From an uncultured Fibrobacterales bacterium (GTDB lineage: Bacteria > Fibrobacterota > Fibrobacteria > Fibrobacterales > CAWVXU01), in the NCBI GenBank assembly GCA_963934255.1, contig CAWVXU010000027.1, positions 1 to 29,272 on the forward strand: a DNA stretch of 29,272 nt, in the 5' to 3' direction. Each line of letters starts with the position of its first letter. The stretch's first letter is position 1. Shown piece after piece: positions 17,346 through 25,125 of the stretch. The notes under the pieces were generated by a model, which was given only the letters and a program-made list of their open reading frames with translations, did not search any database and was not told the origin of the DNA. The position numbers and the translations under genes are program-made.

Positions 17346-18782
17346 ATGGAAAATAATTATAAAACTCCTGATTGGCATAGTAGCCCGGGAGTTTTTTTTG
17401 TTCTTATCAATGCTAACGCTTCAGTTGAAGATGAATTTCTAAAAGATTCACTCTCTATTATCATAAGTCCCGTTGATAATCCCTCTCACAATACTGATTT
17501 TATCAGGCGAAAACTCTTTAGGATTCGACAGGATAAAAAGCTTGTTTTTCCGGTTAATCTTGATACAGATTTAGTCATTGAGGTTCCACTTCAATTGACA
17601 ATTGAAGAATCAAGAAATCTACTTTTTAACTTAGATTTATTAAAAGAGAGTTTAAACTCGTTTTATATTCAATTATCGCCAGATTTAGTGAATGAGTTTT
17701 GTTTTTTACTTAATCATTTTCGCCGTGTAGTCATAGATGAACAACTAAGGGAATCTATTGATTTTCGAGGTTTTAAAGCATATAAAGCTTACTTAATTGA
17801 TAACTCTCTCTATGTAGACGGCTCCATTGTGAAGTTGACTGAGTGGAATGAGTATGTTTGGCGCAAATCACAATATATTGATTTCTCATTGGGTAATTTT
17901 TTGTCTCGATATAAATGGATATTTACAATCATTGTGCTGTTAGCGATTGTTTTTTACCCTAAGGATATTCCAAGAGAATGGGTTGATGTTGTTAATTACA
18001 AATCAAGCTTTTCCAAGATTCAGGTAGAATACAAATATTATAATATTAAAGATTATTCGCAATTTCGTAGAATAATACGCTCATATTTATTTCAAAATGG
18101 ATTTGTTTTTCAATCCGATAAAGAGCTTAATAAGGCCATGATGAAAATTGTGAAAAATCATCTTATTACCAAGCATCAAAAAGCGTTTGATTGGAAAAAC
18201 AAAAGATTAAAAAACGCGCTAGGTGAGATTGTACTGCCTAAAATCAATGAATTAACATTTATTACAGAAAAATTGAAAGCAAATGATTTGCAAACCTACA
18301 AAAGATGGAGTAGAATGTTAAATGATAGTCTAGCCTACCCAACTGATTATTATTTTGATCCAAATGTGGTGATCAATGCAAAAAAGGCTAAGGAAAGAAA
18401 TAGTCAATTCGATTCTAATCATCGTAAGCACCTTGGCATTGATTTGGCTGCTAAAATGGACTCACGAGTTCACTCTCCTATAGCGGGGCGTGCTATTATT
18501 GGTGAATCTGAGAGAGCTGGACGTTTTATTGCTGTTGCGGATTCTAATAGAATTGTGTTTTTTGCACATTGTGATAAGTTTTTGTTTTTGCATGGCGAGA
18601 ATGTACGTCAAGGAGATGCAGTAGCTACTGTGGGATTAACTGGTCACACCACTGGGCCACATGTCCATTTGGGTACGGGATTAATAACTTTGAATGGACA
18701 GCACCAATTAGGTAATGTCGAATTTGAATATCAAAATCCATTGGAGTGGTTGAATACTCTTCAAGGAGAAAAGGGAGAATAA
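17346..18782 (+). CDS. Membrane-anchored M23-family metallopeptidase
   Basis: C-terminal HLGID (HxxxD), FAHC, V.QGD.VA.VG.TG.TTGPHVH (HxH), NPL.WL; internal TM helix WIFTIIVLLAIVFY. Confidence 0.85.
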   Translation: MENNYKTPDWHSSPGVFFVLINANASVEDEFLKDSLSIIISPVDNPSHNTDFIRRKLFRIRQDKKLVFPVNLDTDLVIEVPLQLTIEESRNLLFNLDLLKESLNSFYIQLSPDLVNEFCFLLNHFRRVVIDEQLRESIDFRGFKAYKAYLIDNSLYVDGSIVKLTEWNEYVWRKSQYIDFSLGNFLSRYKWIFTIIVLLAIVFYPKDIPREWVDVVNYKSSFSKIQVEYKYYNIKDYSQFRRIIRSYLFQNGFVFQSDKELNKAMMKIVKNHLITKHQKAFDWKNKRLKNALGEIVLPKINELTFITEKLKANDLQTYKRWSRMLNDSLAYPTDYYFDPNVVINAKKAKERNSQFDSNHRKHLGIDLAAKMDSRVHSPIAGRAIIGESERAGRFIAVADSNRIVFFAHCDKFLFLHGENVRQGDAVATVGLTGHTTGPHVHLGTGLITLNGQHQLGNVEFEYQNPLEWLNTLQGEKGE

Positions 18783-18783
18783 A

Positions 18784-19527
18784 TTGAGTCAATCAGAATG
18801 GTTTGAAAAATGGTTTCAAGACGATTACTTGGTGTTGTATTCAAATAGAAACCCGAAGCAAGCACTTTCTCAAGTTAATGCTCTTTTGCATCTAGTGGGT
18901 GATTTTAAAGCTAAAGATTTTATATTGGACTTAGGTTGCGGTACAGGCCGGCATCTAAAAGTTTTACAATCTCGCCATACGCAGTCAATTGGTGTAGACC
19001 TTAGCCCTACGCTTCTCAATGAAGCCAACAAAACAGGTTGCCAAAACTTGATCCGAGCCGATTTTAGAAGTTTACCCTTTAAAGCCAATTCAATCAAAAT
19101 GGTTTGTTCTTTCTTTTCATCATTCGGTTATTTTGAAAAAGCTGAAGATGATTGGGACTTCTTTAATGTTTTATCTTCCCTTGTCCAAAATGATGGTTAT
19201 CTATTTTTAGACCTTCCTAACGGACCATATACTGTTTCGCATCTTCCACCTGATGATGTGGTGACTAAAAATGGGACCAAATATTCTCAAAAGAGAAGGT
19301 GGGATGGTGAAAGAATTATTAAAAAGATTAGTATTGAGCGAAGTACTGGTGAAAAAGAAGAACATCATGAAAAATTGAGGTTGTTTTCTTATGCAAACAT
19401 TTCAAATGCTTTAGAAGAACGTGGATTTAAAATTATTCAAGTATTTGGAAATGAATTTGGAAACACTTATGAACGTGGTAAAAGTCCGAGAATGTCTTTT
19501 GTTGCTAAGAGAACGATAGATTCATGA
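18784..19527 (+). CDS. Class I SAM-dependent methyltransferase (candidate bacillithiol N-methyltransferase)
   Basis: TTG start with AAGGGAG upstream; WFEKWF...Y..LY..R N-terminus; LDLGCGTGRH, GVDLS, ADFR.LPF, FSSFGYF, SPRM; ATGA overlap with bshC. Confidence 0.85.
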   Translation: MSQSEWFEKWFQDDYLVLYSNRNPKQALSQVNALLHLVGDFKAKDFILDLGCGTGRHLKVLQSRHTQSIGVDLSPTLLNEANKTGCQNLIRADFRSLPFKANSIKMVCSFFSSFGYFEKAEDDWDFFNVLSSLVQNDGYLFLDLPNGPYTVSHLPPDDVVTKNGTKYSQKRRWDGERIIKKISIERSTGEKEEHHEKLRLFSYANISNALEERGFKIIQVFGNEFGNTYERGKSPRMSFVAKRTIDS

Positions 19528-20987
19528 ATTGGTGGCATGATCAAAGTGTATTTCCGCAAGGGCTGCTAAATGATAAAGTTACTTGCCTTAGGCGAAGTCA
19601 ATATATCGATGAAAATTTCGTAGGTCAAAGTGGCGAATTTTTTCAAATGTGGAGAAATGAACTAAATAATTATAAAGTTTCAAAACAGAGTTTTGAAAAT
19701 TTCAAACTTTTACAAAATAAGGAAGCCCTAGTTATTACAACAGGTCAACAGGGTTCAATTGCTGGTGGTCCGCTATTAGTTTTCTATAAAGCATTAAGTT
19801 GTGTTCAACAGGCCCAATATTTAACAATTCAAATGAAAAGACCTGTAGTACCCGTTTTTTGGATTGCAGGCGATGATTCAGACTTTGATGAATGTAATCA
19901 ATTTGAAAATCTTAGTAAGGACCAAGGTTTTCAATTTACGAATGTTTTAAGAAAGGTAAACGAACCCGTCTCAAAAGTGAGGTTAAGTGATTCTGATATT
20001 AATGAATGGAAATTGTTTTTATCCAAAAATGAATTATCTAACCAAAGTGTGATGGAGCAAAAATTATCCGATTATTTTGAACATTCAAATTCATTAGTTG
20101 AGGCATTTGGCCATTTAATAGCACAAATATTTTCTAATGAAGGCCTGCTTATAATAGATGGTGGGGGATATGCTGTACGATCTTGTGAATCAAAAATATT
20201 ATCATCATTTCTTTCTCAACACGATTCAATTCAAAAAGAATTAAATACGCAATCGGGATTTTTAAAAACAAAAAATATTAATACTCAAGTCCCTTTAGAT
20301 CCATCAAAAATAAGGCTGTTTGAATTAGTTGGTGGCGTTCGTGTGAGAGTTTATCAAGGCATGTCAGTGGATGCTCAATGCATTGTTCATGATGCCTTAT
20401 CAAGACCTTTTTTGTTGGAAGGATTATTTCCAATATTAGGTCATGTACTTGGGCCAGCTGAGTTAAAATATTTCGCCTTAGTCCAAAAGTTATTTCCTTT
20501 ATTGAAAATACAATCTCCTCTTGTTATTAAACGAACCAATTTGACTTTAATTCGCAGACTCGATTTAAAGCTTTCTAGAGAATTAGAAGTAGATCCTTCA
20601 GAAATATTGACATGGACTTATTCAAAAATAGCTAGTGAAATTATATCTGCTAAATATCATAGTGAAATAAAATCTTTATCAACTCAAAAATGGAATTGGC
20701 CTGAACATTCTTCAATCAGTGAAAAGGTTAGATCAAAATTGGATTTCAAAAAAGGTAAACTCTTTAATCAATTGATTGAATCTCAAAAAAAAGAATGGCT
20801 GGCTCATTCCATAGAAACACGAACAAGATCGAAAGAAGTTTCTCTTTGGTTTGCATCTGGAAGAGTTCAAGAGCGAGTGATGAATATATTTGAAGCAGTT
20901 CAATTTTTTAATATTTCATATTTGAAACGAAGTATTGATGCTTTAAGTGAAGAGCATCAATTAATATTGGAGCCTATAAATGAATAG
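19524..20987 (+). CDS. bshC: Bacillithiol biosynthesis cysteine-adding enzyme BshC
   Basis: TTGQQ....GGPL...YKA, VPVFWIAGDD.DFDE, GLLIID, GPAEL.YF, QERV.N; adjacent to bshB1 and bshA. Confidence 0.88.
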   Translation: MNWWHDQSVFPQGLLNDKVTCLRRSQYIDENFVGQSGEFFQMWRNELNNYKVSKQSFENFKLLQNKEALVITTGQQGSIAGGPLLVFYKALSCVQQAQYLTIQMKRPVVPVFWIAGDDSDFDECNQFENLSKDQGFQFTNVLRKVNEPVSKVRLSDSDINEWKLFLSKNELSNQSVMEQKLSDYFEHSNSLVEAFGHLIAQIFSNEGLLIIDGGGYAVRSCESKILSSFLSQHDSIQKELNTQSGFLKTKNINTQVPLDPSKIRLFELVGGVRVRVYQGMSVDAQCIVHDALSRPFLLEGLFPILGHVLGPAELKYFALVQKLFPLLKIQSPLVIKRTNLTLIRRLDLKLSRELEVDPSEILTWTYSKIASEIISAKYHSEIKSLSTQKWNWPEHSSISEKVRSKLDFKKGKLFNQLIESQKKEWLAHSIETRTRSKEVSLWFASGRVQERVMNIFEAVQFFNISYLKRSIDALSEEHQLILEPINE

Positions 20988-21723
20988 TTCTTTGACTCAA
21001 CCATTTAAGGTTGATTTTATGGCAATAGGAGCTCATGCTGATGATGTTGAGCTAGGGTGTGGTGGTACTATTGCCAAGATGATTTCGGAAGGCAAAATAG
21101 GCATTATTGTTGACTTATGTGATGCCACCATGGCAAGCCGTGGAACTCCTGAAATTAGACGTGACGAAGCTAAAAATGCAGCTGAGATTCTAGGTGGTAT
21201 TCATCGAGTCAACTTAGGTATGGCAGATGCTCACTTAGAAAGAAATTGGACATGTTTAGAGCCACTCATTAGAGTTATTCGTGAATATCAGCCGGAGTTT
21301 TTATTTACCCATTCAGAAGATGAAACTCACCCCGATCATATGATCTGTGCTCAACTTGTAAAGGATGCTTGGTATAAGTGTGGACTTAAAAAATTATTAC
21401 CAGAAGTTCCTTCTTGGCGTCCAGTGCGAATCTATCATTATATGGGAGCCGTTAATTTTGACCCTACCTTCTGTGTCGATATTACTCAATATTGGGAGGT
21501 CAAAAAAATGGCACTAGGAGCCTATTGGACTCAATTTGATAACCCTGAAGCGCACACCGTTGAAGGAAAGAGTCAAGTGTCTTCGCCTGAATTCATGGAG
21601 TCTCTTCGAGTCAGAAATGAGTTCTATGGTAGACGGATTAGGCGGACTTATGCAGAGGCTTTTTGGTGTAGAGAGATTGCTGAAGTAATTAACCCTCTAG
21701 AACTTGGTACTAATCCATATTAA
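20980..21723 (+). CDS. bshB1: N-acetylglucosaminyl-malate deacetylase BshB1 (PIG-L family)
   Basis: GAHADDVELGCGGT, SRGT.EIR..EA..AAEILG, HPDH, PTFCVDIT, AY.TQF, YAEAF. Confidence 0.92.
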   Translation: MNSSLTQPFKVDFMAIGAHADDVELGCGGTIAKMISEGKIGIIVDLCDATMASRGTPEIRRDEAKNAAEILGGIHRVNLGMADAHLERNWTCLEPLIRVIREYQPEFLFTHSEDETHPDHMICAQLVKDAWYKCGLKKLLPEVPSWRPVRIYHYMGAVNFDPTFCVDITQYWEVKKMALGAYWTQFDNPEAHTVEGKSQVSSPEFMESLRVRNEFYGRRIRRTYAEAFWCREIAEVINPLELGTNPY

Positions 21724-21745
21724 ATTATAACATGAAATTGAGAAT

Positions 21746-22894
21746 GTGATGTTAGATAAAAAATTAAAAATTGGAATTACATGTTATCCTACCTATGGTG
21801 GAAGTGGTGTACTTGCAACTGAACTTGGTGTTGCATTGGCTAAAAAAGGCCATGAAATTCATTTCATAACCTCTTCGCTTCCGTATCGTCTTTCCAAGGG
21901 CTTTCAAGATAACCTTTATTTTCATCCAGTTGAGATGATGGATTATCCTTTGTTTGGTCAATCGCCTTATGCTGTCGTCTTATCGGCGAAAATGGCAGAA
22001 GTTTTTAGAAATGAAAGTTTAGATCTAATACATGTCCATTATGCGATACCACACGCGACTTCAGCTATCCTAGCTCGTGATATGGTTTTACCTAAGAAAA
22101 TGCCTATTGTGACGACCTTACATGGGACTGATATTACTTTGGTTGGTAAGGACCCTAGTTTTTCTGAAATAACTAAATATTCGATTGAAAAATCAGATTT
22201 TGTCACCACGGTTTCTGATTATATGACCAAAACAACCTATGAACAATTTGATTTGACTAAAAAAATTCACCGAATCTATAACTTCGTTGATACTAAAATT
22301 TTTGATACTTTAGATGGTGAGAAACCTTGTTCAGAGGCGCACTTTGGATTTAAAGGTGAAACGGTCTTCATTCATATTTCAAATTTTAGGGAAGTCAAAC
22401 GCCCTCTTGATGTTCTTCACATATTTAATAATGTGCATAAAGCCAATAGTGATACGAAGTTACTCCTAGTGGGAGATGGTCCATTATATTCTCAGTGTAG
22501 GAAACAGGTGAAGGAGTATGGACTTTTAGATCATGTTCGATTTTTGGGTAAGCAAGAAGATGTTGTTTCAATTTTACATATGAGTCATGTCATGTTGTTT
22601 CCTTCAGAAATAGAAAGTTTTGGTTTAGCCCCATTGGAAGCTATGGCTTGTGGTATCCCAGTTATTGCAAGTAATTCCGGTGGAGTTCCTGAAGTTGTCA
22701 AACATGGAGAATGTGGTTATTTGGCGGATGTGGGTGATATTGAAACAATGAGTAAATACGCCATTGAGCTATCCAATGATTGTCAAAAGCGTGATGAGAT
22801 GGGAGCAAAGGGGCGTCAAATTGCTGAAAAACACTTCAGTCCAGAACAAATTGTCTCTGAATATGAGGAAATTTACCGTCAGGCGATAATTTAG
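21746..22894 (+). CDS. bshA: N-acetylglucosaminyl L-malate synthase BshA (GT4)
   Basis: KIGITCYPTYGGSGVLATELG, HVHYAIPHA, TTLHGTDITLVG, HISNFR.VKR, ESFGL..LEAMACG. Confidence 0.96.
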   Translation: MMLDKKLKIGITCYPTYGGSGVLATELGVALAKKGHEIHFITSSLPYRLSKGFQDNLYFHPVEMMDYPLFGQSPYAVVLSAKMAEVFRNESLDLIHVHYAIPHATSAILARDMVLPKKMPIVTTLHGTDITLVGKDPSFSEITKYSIEKSDFVTTVSDYMTKTTYEQFDLTKKIHRIYNFVDTKIFDTLDGEKPCSEAHFGFKGETVFIHISNFREVKRPLDVLHIFNNVHKANSDTKLLLVGDGPLYSQCRKQVKEYGLLDHVRFLGKQEDVVSILHMSHVMLFPSEIESFGLAPLEAMACGIPVIASNSGGVPEVVKHGECGYLADVGDIETMSKYAIELSNDCQKRDEMGAKGRQIAEKHFSPEQIVSEYEEIYRQAII

Positions 22895-22926
22895 GTTTTC
22901 AATAGTTTTTAATAGTACACTATAGA

Positions 22927-22942
22927 TGTGATTTTTGTCACA
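22927..22942. promoter_or_regulatory. CRP-family binding site
   Basis: Perfect TGTGA-TTTTTG-TCACA in the 180-bp intergenic region upstream of the lipoprotein gene. Confidence 0.65.
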
Positions 22943-23074
22943 CCCAAAGGTTGATAAGCTAAAACTACTTGCTTGTTTAATGTATGTTATAGAGTGTCAG
23001 ACTTGTCAGAGCATTTGTTTACATAACATGATATTTTAATATTTAAATAATAAACTTTTTAATAAATTTGAGCC

Positions 23075-23503
23075 ATGATAAAACATATACTAAGCATTTT
23101 AATCTTACTTGGGCTTCTTGCATGTTCTAGTAATGGTGTTGTAATTGAGTTTGAACCTACTAAAGGTATTCTTGAAATTGATGAGCTCGTTTCTGCAGAG
23201 AGAACGCTTTATTTTGATGACTGTTATGGCCTCTTTCTAGATGCCGGCGTTCCCGAGACTGAATGTCAATCCGACCTATTTGGAATTATTGATCGTCGTC
23301 ATGGGACCCGTTTTAATAAAAAGCAGCTAGCTAACGTCGCTGATGAGTATTTTTTTCATAACCTACTGCAAAAGAAACTCATAACTTTAATCCGATCAAA
23401 TTCTGGTGTGAGAGATCAAGTAAGAGCTAAATTTGATTCAATGGAAAGTCTTACTAGTTACTATAAGGGTCATTATAGTTTTCATAAATACAACCAATAC
23501 TAA
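23075..23503 (+). CDS. Hypothetical lipoprotein
   Basis: MIKHILSILILLGLLA|C lipobox; two further Cys; no recognised domain. Confidence 0.8.
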   Translation: MIKHILSILILLGLLACSSNGVVIEFEPTKGILEIDELVSAERTLYFDDCYGLFLDAGVPETECQSDLFGIIDRRHGTRFNKKQLANVADEYFFHNLLQKKLITLIRSNSGVRDQVRAKFDSMESLTSYYKGHYSFHKYNQY

Positions 23504-23566
23504 GCATTAAGCCTTAATGTCACAATTCTCATTGAACGTGATGATTTCAAGTGTGTTTTTATAATT

Positions 23567-23600
23567 AAAAAAGCTTAGAGGGGTTTCCCGCTAAGCTTTT
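23567..23600. terminator. Bidirectional intrinsic terminator
   Basis: AAAAAAGCTTAG-AGGGGTTTCCCG-CTAAGCTTTT inverted repeat between convergent genes. Confidence 0.85.
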
Positions 23601-23628
23601 CATATTCTTCGTGCATACAATGTTTAAA

Positions 23629-24498
23629 TTATAATAATTCACTTCGAAGTTTTTCAAGATGAGCCAAATCAATATTATATTTTTCCTTACAATATTCGCA
23701 TACCATTTCAATTGCTTCGCCATCGTCTATTATCTCTTGAATACCCTCAATCCCCAGTGACACAAGGCTTTTTTCAATTCTCTCAATAGAGCATGGACAG
23801 TATAATGTCGGAAGGATTTCACGATGAATTGTCCAAGGATGGTCACCACAAATTTGAGTGAGTAATTTTTTGGCATCCAAGCCATTTTCAGTCTTAAACT
23901 CAACCATTGATTTGATATCACGAACTTGATATTCAATAAAAGTCATTTGTAAATCTGTAATATCGGGGAATGCTTCTATATAAAATCCATAGGCAAATTC
24001 TAATTGAGTTGTATCTTTTTCATTCCATTTTGATTCAATATACACGGCACTTTTGACCTGCTCGGATTGAAGAAAATAAGTTGCTAAAGAAGGGCCAATT
24101 TTTTGGGTTGGCATCTCAATAATACCTTCGCTTAATTTTTTACCTTTTTCGGAGAATTTTTTAATGGTCAGGAGCTGAGGAGATAGTGCCGGCTCAAATT
24201 CTTTTAATTTTTGACATTCATCACTAGAAATTGTTGCGCGAACAAGTCCCATTGGGCTAGTGTCAGCGTGTACAGAAGAAATATCACCTGAAAACCTAGC
24301 CTCAAAGCTCACAGATCCAGCGTGTTTCATCGAGGCACTTAAAAAACTAGATGCAATCATCGCATCAGCTAAAAGAGACATTGACCAAGCTTGAGCCTGA
24401 TGCTGCCTTGCCACAATTTGGGCAATTTCGGTAAAATCACAGATGACGAGTCTGATGGGTAGACTCTCACCTGTCGCTCTAATTAATTGGTCAGCCAT
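23629..24498 (-). CDS. hslO: Redox-regulated chaperone Hsp33
   Basis: D.LIRA N-terminus, YFLQSEQ..SA, and zinc switch C-P-C-S...C-E-Y-C..KY. Confidence 0.93.
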   Translation of the reverse strand: MADQLIRATGESLPIRLVICDFTEIAQIVARQHQAQAWSMSLLADAMIASSFLSASMKHAGSVSFEARFSGDISSVHADTSPMGLVRATISSDECQKLKEFEPALSPQLLTIKKFSEKGKKLSEGIIEMPTQKIGPSLATYFLQSEQVKSAVYIESKWNEKDTTQLEFAYGFYIEAFPDITDLQMTFIEYQVRDIKSMVEFKTENGLDAKKLLTQICGDHPWTIHREILPTLYCPCSIERIEKSLVSLGIEGIQEIIDDGEAIEMVCEYCKEKYNIDLAHLEKLRSELL

Positions 24499-24521
24499 AT
24501 AAATCCCTTTCGAAGGTGCGC

Positions 24522-24557
24522 CAAATATAACAAATAGTATAATAATTTATAAATTTG
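24522..24557. promoter_or_regulatory. Back-to-back TAnnTTTG elements for hslO (minus) and DUF2062 gene (plus)
   Basis: TATATTTG on minus (24529-24522) and TAAATTTG on plus (24550-24557) in a 64-bp divergent gap. Confidence 0.5.
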
Positions 24558-24562
24558 AATTC

Positions 24563-25087
24563 ATGAGGAAAACTGGTCTCCAAATCCCAAAAATGAAGCG
24601 AATGCTAAAGCTCTATTCAATTAGAGCTTTTCCTCGTAATAGCCCGCCGCGAGAAGTTGCTTGGGCCGTATTTTGGGGTGTCTGGATTGGGGTAATGCCG
24701 ACTATTGGGATTGCCATTCCACTTACATTGCTCGTTTGTTGGTTATTTAAAATCCCCAAAGCTCCTGGGGTGGCAGCTTCTTTTGTTGCAATTCCTCCGA
24801 CTTTATTTTCTTTCTTTTATCCTTTAGGCTATTGGATTGGTCAAGTTCTCCTAGATCCGGTGGCTGTCGATATAAATTTGCTCGATGAAGTGAAAAGTAT
24901 AAGTTATCAGAATATTGGTGTGAAGCTATCCATGTTGATCAACCAGGCTAGTCCGCATTTATTGGCATTTTTGATAGGAATGCTAATTGTGGCCTCAATT
25001 ACAGCCACTATTTTTTGGTTTGTAGCTTATTATGTGGTTCAACAAAAGCGAAAGTTGCAGCGAAGTATATCCAAAAATCCAATGTAA
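24563..25087 (+). CDS. DUF2062-family membrane protein
   Basis: P.EVAWAVFWGVWIGVMP..G, P.T....Y.LGY.IG..LL, C-terminal TM FLIG..IVA; start could be 24593. Confidence 0.8.
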   Translation: MRKTGLQIPKMKRMLKLYSIRAFPRNSPPREVAWAVFWGVWIGVMPTIGIAIPLTLLVCWLFKIPKAPGVAASFVAIPPTLFSFFYPLGYWIGQVLLDPVAVDINLLDEVKSISYQNIGVKLSMLINQASPHLLAFLIGMLIVASITATIFWFVAYYVVQQKRKLQRSISKNPM

Positions 25088-25125
25088 AATTCAAGAAAAC
25101 CAAATGATTAACCGATATATATAGG

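Noticed and set aside
23015..23043. dif-like site (TTTACATAA half-site)
   Set aside because: No matching second Xer arm at 6-bp spacing.
16826..23503. Genomic island integrated at tRNA-Arg(TCT)
   Set aside because: No integrase and no duplicated tRNA 3' end seen; downstream genes are metabolic and envelope functions.
19524..24498. Bacillithiol genes plus Hsp33 as one redox-stress regulon
   Set aside because: They are on opposite strands, separated by a gene and a terminator, with no shared operator seen; proximity alone is insufficient.
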